Shown: positions 41,744 to 51,765 of the stretch, piece after piece
How positions within the stretch are numbered: the first letter of the stretch is position 1
Layout of the letters: each line of letters starts with the position of its first letter
DNA from: Candidatus Eiseniibacteriota bacterium
GTDB lineage: Bacteria > Eisenbacteria > RBG-16-71-46 > CAIMUX01 > VGJL01
Reading direction: 5' to 3'
Assembly (NCBI GenBank): GCA_963792585.1
Contig: CAWBWI010000004.1
Span: 256,001 to 320,000 of the forward strand
DNA: 64,000 nucleotides
The notes under the pieces: model-generated
Seen by the model: only the letters and a program-made list of their open reading frames with translations
Told to the model about the DNA's origin: nothing
The model's database searches: none
Made by a program: the position numbers and the translations under genes

Positions 41744-43044
41744 GCGCGATCGCACCATCGATCGATATGCGCCGCACCCTCGCCATCTTGCTGGCGGGGG
41801 GTGAGGGAAGTCGGCTGAACGTGCTGGTCCACCGGCGGGCGAAGCCGGCCGTCCCATTCGGCGGGATCTATCGGATCATCGACTTCGCCATGAGCAACGT
41901 CATGCACTCGGGCCTCGAGAAGATCGGGATCCTCACCCAGTACATGCCCTACAGCCTCACGGACCACATCGAGATCGGGCAAAGCTGGGGAATGCTCGGG
42001 CGCAGCCGTGAAGTCCGGATTCTCCCCCCGCACACGGGGCAGCGGGCATCCGACTGGTATCGCGGGACCGCCGACGCCGTCTACCGCAACATGAGCTACG
42101 TCGAGCGCCATCATCCCGCATCGGTCCTGATCCTCTCGGGCGATCATGTCTACCGGATGGACTACGCCCGGATGGTCGGCGAGCACTTGAACACGGGCGC
42201 CGACGTCACGATCGCCGTGCGCGAGGTTCCGATCGAGGAGGCGCACCAGTTCGGCACCGTCCTGACCGATGCCACGGGGCGAATCACCGGCTTCGAGGAG
42301 AAGCCGGAGCATCCCCGATCGAACCTGATCTCGATGGGAATCTACGTCTTCGCCCGCAAGACACTGTGCGACGAACTCGAGGAGGTGGTCGCCCATCAAG
42401 GTCTCTCCGACTTCGGAAAGCACATCTTCCCTCACATGCTCGCCGCCGGGTGCCATCTCCAGGCCTTCCGTTTCGCCGGGTACTGGCAGGACGTCGGCAC
42501 GATTCGCGCGTACTTCGATGCGCATATGGAGATGTTGCGCTCCAACGGCCCGATCGATCTCGCGGCCTGGGACGTTCGCACCAACTGGGACGAAGGGCGC
42601 CCGGGCGATCGCCCTCCGGCGCAGTTCGCGCCGAGCGCGCACATGGAGTCCTCGATCGTCGGCGACGGTTGCCGGATCGCCGGGGAGGTGCGGGACAGCA
42701 TCCTCTCCCCCGGTGTCGTCGTCGAGCAGGGGGCCACGGTCGAGCGATCGATTCTGATGCACGACGTCTGGATCGGGCCCGGCGCGCGGGTCCGCGAGGC
42801 GATCCTCGACAAAGGGGCCTCGGTCGGCGAGGCCGCCGTCGTGGGGGGCGTGGGCGCGATGGTCCCCAACCGGAGATACCCGACCCATGTCGACGGGGGG
42901 CACGTGCTGATCGGCAAGAGGGCCCGCGTCCCCGCCGGAGCGACCGTCGAGCGCAACGCGATCCTCTTTCCCTTCGTGACCGTGCCCCGGGGAGATCAAG
43001 CGCACGTCTTGGCGGGAGAGACGATCGGCGACATGGATCACTGA
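41740..43044 (+). CDS. glgC: Glucose-1-phosphate adenylyltransferase
   Basis: 'LAGGEGSRL...RAKPAVPFGGIYRIIDF', 'WYRGTADA', 'FEEKP', 'SMGIYVF', 'DFGK', 'YWQDVGT'; ATGA overlap with the upstream gene. Confidence 0.92.
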   Translation: MSAIAPSIDMRRTLAILLAGGEGSRLNVLVHRRAKPAVPFGGIYRIIDFAMSNVMHSGLEKIGILTQYMPYSLTDHIEIGQSWGMLGRSREVRILPPHTGQRASDWYRGTADAVYRNMSYVERHHPASVLILSGDHVYRMDYARMVGEHLNTGADVTIAVREVPIEEAHQFGTVLTDATGRITGFEEKPEHPRSNLISMGIYVFARKTLCDELEEVVAHQGLSDFGKHIFPHMLAAGCHLQAFRFAGYWQDVGTIRAYFDAHMEMLRSNGPIDLAAWDVRTNWDEGRPGDRPPAQFAPSAHMESSIVGDGCRIAGEVRDSILSPGVVVEQGATVERSILMHDVWIGPGARVREAILDKGASVGEAAVVGGVGAMVPNRRYPTHVDGGHVLIGKRARVPAGATVERNAILFPFVTVPRGDQAHVLAGETIGDMDH

Positions 43045-43133
43045 CCGTCTGGACGCGAAGCCCCGCGCCGCCCCTCTTCCCTGCAACCCCCACCTTCGCT
43101 AGTCTTCCCCCTTCCCGAGGAATGGAGGATCCC

Positions 43134-44009
43134 ATGAACTGGCCCGCCATAAGCGCGATTGCGACCGTCGTCTCGATGCTCGCCTTCGTCGCCACCGCCT
43201 TCTTCGTCTGGCTCGAACTCCGATCGTTCGGCAAGAGCCGTTACCTGCAGGTATCGAGCGAGCTGTTCTCGGTGTGGCAGGGGCGGGACTTCATGCAGGC
43301 GCAACTATGGCTGATCCACACGCTCGAGGAGACCTCCTGGGAGGATTTCATCGCGGCCCACCGCGCTGACTATGGCGAGCAGTCGTTCCACAGGGTCGGC
43401 TCTTTCTATGATCGCGTCGGCACGTTGGTCCGCCTCGGCCTGATCGAGGACAAGGAGATCCTCTCCACGATGGGGCCCTATGCGATCGCCGTCTGGAACA
43501 AGATCCGGCCGCTCGTCGAGGAAGCCCGCCGGCTCGAGAACTCGATCCTCTTCGACGACTTCGAGCGGCTCCTCCCGGCCTGCTACGAGTGCTACGTGCC
43601 CAACCTCAGGCTCGGAGAGGCGCGCACGCACTTCGCCCCCGAGGCGGCGAAGATTTCCGTGCGGGATCTTCGCAAGCGGATCGCGGAGGTGACCCTACTC
43701 GACGTGCGGCGTACCGCCGCGAGCGGCGAGGAGCCGGATCAGATACCGGGCGCGATCGTCGTCCACCCGGATCGGATCGAGTCGCGGCTCGACGAGATCC
43801 CCCACGATCGGGACGTGGTCGTCTACTGTTCCTGACCGGATGAGGCGACGAGCGCCCGGGTGGCGCTCTTCATGACGGAGCGGGGATTCAAGGCGGCCGC
43901 GTTGATCGGCGGGATCGCGGCGTGGAGGGCGGCGGGTCACCCGGTCGAACGTCTCCTGCCCGCTTCCGGCGACAAGGTCACCGACCCACGCGCCCGCACG
44001 ACAACCTAG
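43134..44009 (+). CDS. Membrane-anchored DUF4760-like domain fused to a rhodanese; probable selenocysteine at TGA 43833-43835
   Basis: 'DVVVYCS-TGA-PDEATSARVALFMTERGFKAAALIGGIAAWRAAGHPVE' continues in frame past the TGA and completes the rhodanese fold; stop TAG at 44007-44009. Confidence 0.8.
43836..43860 (+). promoter_or_regulatory. Candidate bacterial SECIS hairpin
   Basis: CCGG-ATGA-GGCG-ACGAG-CGCC-CGG directly 3' of the UGA. Confidence 0.45.
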
Positions 44010-44025
44010 TTCAGGGCGCGCCCAC

Positions 44026-46740
44026 TCAGTTCACGCGCACGACCTGCACGGTCCGCGTCTCGGCCGGAGTGCGCAGCCGAACCCAGTAGTGCCCGTTGGG
44101 CACGGGGCGGCCCGACGCATCCCGGCCATCCCACTCGATATCCCTCCAGCCCGAGGCCGAGGGAACCACTTCGAGATTGCGCAGAAGTCGCCCCTGCGGG
44201 TCGTAGACCGCAAGGGAGGATGTAGCCGCCGGGGGCGCCGCGTAGCGGATTCGGATCGATCCCTTCATCGGATTCGGACCGACCGACAGGAGCGCCGCGG
44301 GGGGAGGCGCGACTGAGCTGTCGCCGACGCTGAAGGTCAGCATGTCGCTGAAGAGCCCACGCTGGGCCGGATCGGCCGCGAACGCCCTCCAGGAGTAGGT
44401 CCCCGGATCGAGGAACGACAATACCTCCCAGGACGTGAGACCTGCGCCCGCGGGAATCCCATCGGCGGAGGCGACGACGCGGGTTGGATCGTTGTCCTCG
44501 AAGACGCGGAATCCATAGGTGAGAGGATCCCCCTCCGCGTCGCCCACGTTCTCCACGACCAGTACGGGCCTCGCCGGCAGGTCCCCAGCGCCGTCGAGGG
44601 GCGTCATCGGCGCGGGCGCCGGGGGCGCTTGATTCGCAATGTCTCGGGGCACGATTCGCACATCGTCGATCCCGCCTTCGATCAGATCCCCGTCGGTGAG
44701 CCCGTCCGCCACCTGGATCCTCATGCAGACGCGGTCCGTCAGCTCGATCACGCTTCCCAGATCGATCGCCAGCGTGCGCCAGGACCCGGCGGTCGCCTGA
44801 TCTCCGATCGCGACGAGGTTCCCCCACGTCTCCCCACCGTCGGAGGAGATGTCGATGCGGAAGAAGTCCCCGTCCGGGTCGTCCCCGCCATCCCGCTGGC
44901 CGTGGAAGTAGTTCATCGTGAGGTGCGCGCCACCCGCGTTGGACAGGTCGATGAGCGGCGAGCGCGCGGCGGCGATCCCGCCGTCCACATCCCCGTCGCC
45001 GTCGCTCGTGTTCTGGCCCGTCACCCACGCGCTCACTCCGGGCGCCGGCGTCGTATCTCCGCCCGGTTGGAAGGCGCTCGGATTCGGATCGATCCTCTCG
45101 AAGAACCCGGCCGATGCGGTGGTGGAAGGATCGGGGTCCCAGGCGCTCCCGGCGATCTCGAAATCATCCGCGTAGATCGCGGAGGATTCCCCGATGCCGA
45201 GCTCGAGCGGCGTTTCGATGCGCAGGCCGCCCTCGCTGGTGATGGTGAGGGTGAACGGCGACCGCCGGCCCCGCGGGCATCCGTCTTCCACGCGGAACGC
45301 CAGCGGCGCGGACTCGAGGGTGGCGGTCTCTCCGGGGCCGATCGAACCGATCTCCGCCGAGGCGTGGATCATCTCCACGTATGGATCATCGCAGCGCAAC
45401 CGCACGGCGACCCCCCGGGCCGCCGCGAGCACACCCTCGTTGCGGAGAACCGGCGCGAGCGTGCAGCTCTCTCCCGGCTCGATCTGCCGATCGCCGTCGT
45501 CATCGTTGACCACGATGTCGTCCGCGCGCAGGGCGGGCCCCGCGATCTGCGCCAGATAGAGCATCGAGGGGAGGTTCTCCTGGATCAGCTCGTCCTTCTC
45601 GGAGGGGTCGGGCCAGAATCCCGTCCCGCCGATCTCGGTCGTGAAGGAGTAGACGGCGGGCCGCTCTGTCGTCTGCCCGTAGGTCCAGTCGATGAAGTCG
45701 CCGCTGGTCGAGTAGAGCAGTTCCGGGCACTGTCCGGTCCGGTACCCGCTCGCCCGCGCCATCTCCCTCACGATGAGACGGAGGATCGCGTCATCCGGTG
45801 TGGGGGCCTCCGTATAGCACCAAGGCAAGAGGACCATCCCGGCGACCGAGTGGAACGAGTTGTGCGTGACGAACCGGTGCGTGTCGACGAAAGCCATCAT
45901 CGCCTGTGTCTCCGGCTCGCTTCCGGCAGCGGGACCGCGGTAGTCCTCGGCACAGGGCGCGCCTGAGGAGCCGTCGTCTCGCCCCCATTGGAACGGGTAG
46001 TTCCGGTTGATGTCCACGCCGAAGCAGGGGCCACCGGTGGGCCTGCGGTTCTTCCGCCACATGCCGCCGCCGCCGGGCGCGATCACCTCGTTGTAGGCGA
46101 ACCCATCCGGGTTGACGATCGGCGCGAGATAGACCTGGCGGTGTTCGACGATGTCGCGGACCACGGGATCGCCCGGGTAGTGGTCGCACAGGTAGTTCGC
46201 GAATGCGAGGAGCAGTTCCACGCTCATGATCTCGCGCGCGTGGTGAACGCTATCGAAGAGGACCTCCGGTTCGTCCTCGAGCGAGTCGGGGTTGTCGGAG
46301 ATCCGCACGACCCAGAGATCGCGTCCCTCCTGCGATTGGCCGATCGAGAACGGGGCGCTCACGATGCCCGGGTGATCCGCACGCAGGCGGGTGAGTTCCG
46401 TAACGACCTCGTCATAGGTGTGCCACACCCCGGGGACGCCGAGCGCCTTCTGCCGGGCGGAGTAGAAGGACTGCAGGTCCTCGTGCAGGACGTCGACGCG
46501 GAAGCCGCGGGCGATCAGATCTCGGGTCCTCGAGGGTCTCGAGAGCAGGCGGACGTCCCCATCGCCAAGACCCATCACCTCGAGATCCGGGATCTCCCGC
46601 AGGTCGGTGAGGGATCTTTCGGGGCTCAACGAAACGCGGATCTCCTGAAATGCTTCATCCGGCGAGACGCCGGCGGCGGGCGCGGCGAAGACCAGGCAAA
46701 GGAGCATGGCACTCAGGGCACCGCGCATCAAGCGCATCAA
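44026..46740 (-). CDS. M14 zinc carboxypeptidase (carboxypeptidase T-like) with Ig-like domains and FlgD-Ig tail
   Basis: 'HHARE', 'WRKNR', 'DINRNY', 'SFHS', 'FTTEIG'. Confidence 0.92.
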   Translation of the reverse strand: MMRLMRGALSAMLLCLVFAAPAAGVSPDEAFQEIRVSLSPERSLTDLREIPDLEVMGLGDGDVRLLSRPSRTRDLIARGFRVDVLHEDLQSFYSARQKALGVPGVWHTYDEVVTELTRLRADHPGIVSAPFSIGQSQEGRDLWVVRISDNPDSLEDEPEVLFDSVHHAREIMSVELLLAFANYLCDHYPGDPVVRDIVEHRQVYLAPIVNPDGFAYNEVIAPGGGGMWRKNRRPTGGPCFGVDINRNYPFQWGRDDGSSGAPCAEDYRGPAAGSEPETQAMMAFVDTHRFVTHNSFHSVAGMVLLPWCYTEAPTPDDAILRLIVREMARASGYRTGQCPELLYSTSGDFIDWTYGQTTERPAVYSFTTEIGGTGFWPDPSEKDELIQENLPSMLYLAQIAGPALRADDIVVNDDDGDRQIEPGESCTLAPVLRNEGVLAAARGVAVRLRCDDPYVEMIHASAEIGSIGPGETATLESAPLAFRVEDGCPRGRRSPFTLTITSEGGLRIETPLELGIGESSAIYADDFEIAGSAWDPDPSTTASAGFFERIDPNPSAFQPGGDTTPAPGVSAWVTGQNTSDGDGDVDGGIAAARSPLIDLSNAGGAHLTMNYFHGQRDGGDDPDGDFFRIDISSDGGETWGNLVAIGDQATAGSWRTLAIDLGSVIELTDRVCMRIQVADGLTDGDLIEGGIDDVRIVPRDIANQAPPAPAPMTPLDGAGDLPARPVLVVENVGDAEGDPLTYGFRVFEDNDPTRVVASADGIPAGAGLTSWEVLSFLDPGTYSWRAFAADPAQRGLFSDMLTFSVGDSSVAPPPAALLSVGPNPMKGSIRIRYAAPPAATSSLAVYDPQGRLLRNLEVVPSASGWRDIEWDGRDASGRPVPNGHYWVRLRTPAETRTVQVVRVN

Positions 46741-46886
46741 GACCTCTCTCTAACCCCGGCCGCCTCGGACCCCGGCCGAAGCTGGTGAGAGCGTACCGGC
46801 TCCGCGGAGGGCCCACAAGCGGAGCGGCCGCGGGGAGCCCGAAGGCTTCCCGCGGCCGCTCGAGGCGAAGGATCCGGTCGCGCGGC

Positions 46887-49599
46887 CTAGTCGATGTGAA
46901 CGACCCGAATCGTCCGGGTCTCTCCGGGCGTCCAGAGGCGGACCCAGTAGCTGCCGCTCGAAACGGAGCGTCCCGCATCGTCCTTGCCGTCCCAGAGAAT
47001 CTCGTGCCAGCCGCTGGCGGAGGGCACGGTCTTCAGGCTGCGGACGAGCCTCCCCTGAGGATCGTAGATCGCGAGGCTGCTCGTGGGGGTCGCCGGCAGC
47101 ATGTAGCGGATCAGGGTGCCCGCCTGCGTTGGGTTCGGCTCGGCGTGGAGGGACGTCAGGCCGCCGGCGGACAGATCGCCCGCATCGCCCACGGTGGTGA
47201 CCGTGAAGCGTGAGGTCGTGGAGAAGACGCTTCGTTGGTTCGCGTCTGCGGCGAACGCGCGCCAGTAGTAGGTGCCCAGCCCGATGGCGGGCGTCTGCCA
47301 GCTCGTGGTCGTCGCACCCGGCGCGACATCATTGACCGATGCCACGAGGATGGTCAGGTCCGCATCGCTGTAGACCCGGAACCCGTAGGTGAGCGGATCT
47401 CCCTCGGGATCGGTGGCGTTGGCGACGGTGAGGGTGACCGGCGAACCGACGTTCCCCCCGTTGGGCGGGGAGAGAAGCGTCGGCGCGTTCGGCGCCAGAT
47501 TGCCAGAACCCCCGTCGTAGAGGTAGAAGTCGTCGATTCCACCCTCGACGATGTCGTTCAGGGGCGCCGCGTCCGCCGCCTGAACTCGGAACCGGACCTG
47601 ATTGCTCAGCGTGATGTAGTCGGATACGTCGACCGTCAGGTTCCGCCAGGTCCCGACAACGGCAACATCGCCCATCGTCAGCAGGTTCACCCACGAAGCG
47701 CCCGCGTCCGGGGAGATATCGATCTTGAAGAAGTCGCCCGTGGGATCGTCGCCGGTGTCGCGCTGGCCGTGAAAGTAGTTCACCGACAGCCGCACGCTCG
47801 CATACCCCGAGAGATCGAAGTCCGGGGAGCGCGTGGCGGCGGTTCCGCTGTCCACGTCATCCGTCCCCTCGACGCCGTTCGGATTCTGCGCCGTGATCCA
47901 AGCGTTCACGCCCGGCGCCGGGGTGGTGTCATCGCCCGGCTGATAGAGCGGCGTGGCGACCGGGTCGACCCGCACGAAGGCGCCGGTGGTCGCGGTGTGC
48001 GTCGCGTCCTGCGTCCATTCCGTTCCCGTGCCCTCGAACGTGTTCGCCGCGATGGCAGGGAGTTCCCCGATCGTGATCAGGAAGGGGACCTCGATGTGCA
48101 CGCCGCCGGCGGCATCGGCCACGACGGTGAAGGTCGCCTGGCGCCCCGGAGGGCAACCCGCGTCGGCGGTCACGTTGAACGGGTCGAGCGTGTTCGTCCA
48201 GGTCTGTCCCGCGCCCAGGATGCCGACCACGTTCGAGGCATCGTTGAGGGCGATGTACGGGTCATTGCACCGCAGATGGATGGAGAGGTTGGTCAGGGCG
48301 GAAAGCACGCCGTCGTTCTTCAGCGTGGCCAGGAGATCGACCGTCTCGCCGGGTTCGATCTTGCCGTTCCCGTTGCCGCCCGACACCACGAGGCTCTGCA
48401 CGGTCACCGACGGCCCGGCCACCTGGGCGAGGTAGATGATCGAGTGCATGTTCTCCGCGATCAGACCATCACGCTCTGCGGGCTGCGGCCAGAAGTCGCT
48501 CCCCCCGATCTCGCTGGAGAAGTCGAAGCACTTGGGCTTCAGGGTTTGCTCGCCGTACCACCAGTCGAGCGATCCGCCGTTGACGGCGTACAGGAGTCTC
48601 CTCCGGCTGCCCGACGGCGTACCCGTTGGCGCTGGCCCGCTCATGGGCGATGGCGCGGAGGGTGGCGTCGTCGGCCGTATGGGCGGTCGTGTAACCCCAT
48701 GGGATCAAGACCATGCCCGCCACCGAGTGCCACGAGTCGTGGGTCACGAAGCTATGGGCAAGGCCGAGGTTCATGAGGGCCTGGTTTTCGGGCTCGCTGC
48801 CCGCAGACGGGCCGCGGTAGGTGTCATCGCACGGGTTGGTCGAGGATCCGCCGCCGACCCACTCGTACGGGTAGTTCCGGTTGTTGTCGACGCCGTAGCA
48901 GCCGCCGTTGTTGCGGCGGTTCTTCCGCCACATCCCGCCGCCGTTCGGGTTGGTCACCTCGTTGTATACGAAGCCGTCGATGTTCACGAGCGGGACGAAC
49001 CAGATCTGCCGGTTGTCGACGAGGAAGGTCGCCACCGGGTCGGTCCCGTAGTTCTCGCAGAGATAGCGCATGAAATAGAGGTTCAACTCAACCGTCATGA
49101 TCTCGCGGGCGTGATGCATGGCATCGTTGAGGACCTCGGGTTCGTCTTCCTGAACGTTGGGGTTGTCGGAGATCTTCATCGCCCAGATGTCGCGGTTCTC
49201 GCCGGTGCGTCCGAGCGAGACCGGGGCGGTCGTGAGGTTCGGGTACTGCGAGTGCAGCAGATTCATCTCGGCCACTGTCTCCGCATAGGTGTGCCAAATC
49301 CCGTAGTCGAGGACCGCCATCTGCCGCGATGCGTAGAACGCCTCGAGGTCGGAATGGATGATGTCGACCTTCCAACCATTGCGGATCAGCTCGCTCGTCA
49401 GAGACGGACGCGAGAGGAACACGGCGTCCCCGTCCCCAAGTCCCATCACCTCGAGATCCGGGTGAATGAAGAGCTTGGACAGATCGGCATTTGCCGGCAG
49501 GTAGACCCGGATCTGCTCATACGGCTCGTCCGCGGCCAGGGCCGGAATCGCGCCGGCCAAGAGGACCACGCCGAGGAGCAACCCCAAGAAGTTACGCAT
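46887..49599 (-). CDS. Second M14 zinc carboxypeptidase paralog with FlgD-Ig tail; frameshift near 48600
   Basis: 'MHHARE', 'WRKNR', 'DNNRNY', 'SWHS', 'FSSEIG'; ORFs 48469-49626 and 46887-48644. Confidence 0.9.
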
Positions 49600-49758
49600 C
49601 GTTCCCTCCAGAGATGATGCCGCCAAGATTGAAAAGACCCTTATATACTTTACAGGATTCGAGATAGAGGATCAAGGAGGACTCGGGGGCACATCTCGGA
49701 CGGCGTTGCGCGAGGAGCCGGGACCACCTTAGCTAATGGCTCGATCGGGGGGCGGGGT

Positions 49759-50130
49759 TCAGGGTCCCGCGCGACGGGTGCGGGGCAGACGTGGTCTCCA
49801 TTGGTAGCGGGTGAGGTCCAATCGTCCGGGCGACAGAAACCGGACACCCTCCCGCTCGAGCAGCACCTGTTGGATCATCTCTTCCCCGGTAACGATCGCG
49901 GTCGCGCGGGTCGAGATCTCCCCCTTGGCATTGATCACGCGGTGCCACGGGACGTTGACTCCCTCGGGCAGGCTGTGGAGGGCATAGCCTACGAGCCGAG
50001 GCTGCCCCGGACGCCCGGCGAGCATGGCGACCTGGCCATAGGTGGCGACACGCCCACGAGGGATCCTGCGGACCGTCTCCCAGATCCGCTGGTAGAGGGG
50101 CGAATAGGCGCGCGGCCGGGGTCGCTCCAT
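49759..50130 (-). CDS. Alkyltransferase-like (ATL/YbaZ) MGMT-family DNA-binding protein
   Basis: 'IPRGRVATYGQVA', 'VPWHRV' (Trp replaces the catalytic Cys), 'LLEREGV'. Confidence 0.9.
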   Translation of the reverse strand: MERPRPRAYSPLYQRIWETVRRIPRGRVATYGQVAMLAGRPGQPRLVGYALHSLPEGVNVPWHRVINAKGEISTRATAIVTGEEMIQQVLLEREGVRFLSPGRLDLTRYQWRPRLPRTRRAGP

Positions 50131-50197
50131 TCCTGGAATCCCCTTCGAACAACGATGCCCCGCAACCTAATCCGTTGCGAGGCAACCCGTTGATACA

Positions 50198-50275
50198 TGG
50201 CGGGGTCGACGGGGCTCGAACCCGCGACCTCCGGCTTGACAGGCCGGCGTTCTAACCAAACTGAACTACGACCCC
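50198..50275 (-). tRNA. tRNA-Asp (GTC)
   Basis: GGGGTCG...TAGTTCAGTTTGGTTAGAACGCCGGCCT-GTC-AAGCCGGAGGTCGCGGGTTCGAGCCCCGT-CGACCCC-GCCA; cloverleaf with encoded CCA. Confidence 0.97.
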
Positions 50276-50318
50276 GCGAAAAACGGTAGGGCCGACCGAT
50301 CGGCCGGCACGAAGACTG

Positions 50319-50348
50319 AGGCTATCGAACGGGCCGTCGGGCTGTCAA
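50319..50348 (-). promoter_or_regulatory. Sigma70-type promoter of tRNA-Asp
   Basis: TTGACA-N18-TAGCCT on the minus strand. Confidence 0.6.
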
Positions 50349-50355
50349 CGGACAT

Positions 50356-51765
50356 TTAGAACACAGGATGCGCGCTCCAGCGTCGCGCGAGAGAAGCGAT
50401 CTCCCCTTCGCCGAAACCGCAGGTTTCGACCGTCCATGCGCCGCTCGGGAGCGCTCCCGAGGGACCATCGAGCAGGTGGGCGATCGCGCGGACGCGAGAT
50501 CCGTGACGCTCGAGTTGGGCCCGCGTCGCGTCATCCTCCGGACCCCGATGGATCCAACCCACGAGGCTGGGCGCGTCGCTCGAGCCCAACGCGCGTTCGA
50601 GGGTGGACGGCTCGTCGGTCCTGTAGCGGAGGAGGCGGCCGATCCGGCGCTCCGCGGGGAGATCCATGGGAGGGGTCGCTACGGCGCCATACGCGCCCCA
50701 ACGCTCGGGGAGGATCCAGTCCCAGGCGCCCGGGGGCGTCCCGCCGCCGGCATGGGAACGGAATCCGGAGTCCGCGGCACGATCGAGGTCCGCGCGAGCC
50801 CATGGCTGTGGAATTTCCGGCGGCGGTGCGGCAACCCGCCACGCATCGAGGCGCGCGGATCGCGCACCGGCGAACATGCGGGCAAGTTCGAGCCCCCCGG
50901 AGACGTCGAGACCGACCAGCAACAGATCGCTGCCGGCAGCGAGCGCGGCGCGGCCGCGCGCTTCCAGATCCCCTACCGTCGCCAGCGCGCCCATGTCGAG
51001 CGAATCGGTCACGATCGGGCCGAGCCCGCCCGGAATCGCCGTCAGCGCCGCGGCGTCGAGCGAGGCGGGGAGATGCCCCTTCCCGCAAACGATGTGCGCC
51101 GTCAGAACAGCCGGCGACGGGCCGTCGGCCGCCTGCCACGTGCGGGCGATCCGCGCATATGGCTCGCGGTGCGGGTTCAGGTCGACTCCCGGGGCGATCC
51201 GCGGGAGATCGACGTGCGAATCGGTCGCGGTCGCGCCATGTCCGGGATAGTGCTTGAGACAACCCCGGACACCGGCCGAGGCCAGACCGCGCAGCCACGC
51301 CGATGCCATTTCGGTGACGCAATCGGGAGCATCCCCGAAACAGCGGGTGCCCAGCACCGAACTCTGGGGACCCGGATCCAGATCGACCGCGGGCGCAAGG
51401 GCGACATCGAGGCCGAGCCGACGCATGCGTCTTCCGATCTCGCGACCGTGGGCGCGCGCGAGCCCAACATCGCCCGACCGCCCGAGCGCGCGCGGCGAGG
51501 GCAGGCGCGGCCAGCATTCGCCCGACGGCTCCCGAAGCCCGCTCAGTTGCTGGATCAGTCCACCCTCTTCATCGATCGCGAAGATGCAGGGAACCGACGG
51601 AGGCCACACCGCCCGAACCTCCGCGACGCGCGACGCGGCCTCTTCGACCGTCTCCCCGAACGCATCGCGAAACCAGAGCAGACCCGCGAGCTGCCCCTCG
51701 CGCGCCGCGTCCAGGAGCGCGGGAGCGGGGGGATGGCCTCGAAGACCGACGATCACCCGGGCCAT
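50356..51765 (-). CDS. nagZ: GH3 beta-N-acetylhexosaminidase
   Basis: 'AIDEEGG', 'LAPAVDL', 'KHYPGHG...DSH', 'TDSLDMGA'. Confidence 0.85.
   Translation of the reverse strand: MARVIVGLRGHPPAPALLDAAREGQLAGLLWFRDAFGETVEEAASRVAEVRAVWPPSVPCIFAIDEEGGLIQQLSGLREPSGECWPRLPSPRALGRSGDVGLARAHGREIGRRMRRLGLDVALAPAVDLDPGPQSSVLGTRCFGDAPDCVTEMASAWLRGLASAGVRGCLKHYPGHGATATDSHVDLPRIAPGVDLNPHREPYARIARTWQAADGPSPAVLTAHIVCGKGHLPASLDAAALTAIPGGLGPIVTDSLDMGALATVGDLEARGRAALAAGSDLLLVGLDVSGGLELARMFAGARSARLDAWRVAAPPPEIPQPWARADLDRAADSGFRSHAGGGTPPGAWDWILPERWGAYGAVATPPMDLPAERRIGRLLRYRTDEPSTLERALGSSDAPSLVGWIHRGPEDDATRAQLERHGSRVRAIAHLLDGPSGALPSGAWTVETCGFGEGEIASLARRWSAHPVF

Noticed and set aside
50198..50275. tRNA-Asp as the integration site of the accessory region
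   Set aside because: It is 12 kb from the boundary, is flanked by core genes, and has no adjacent integrase or duplicated 3' end.
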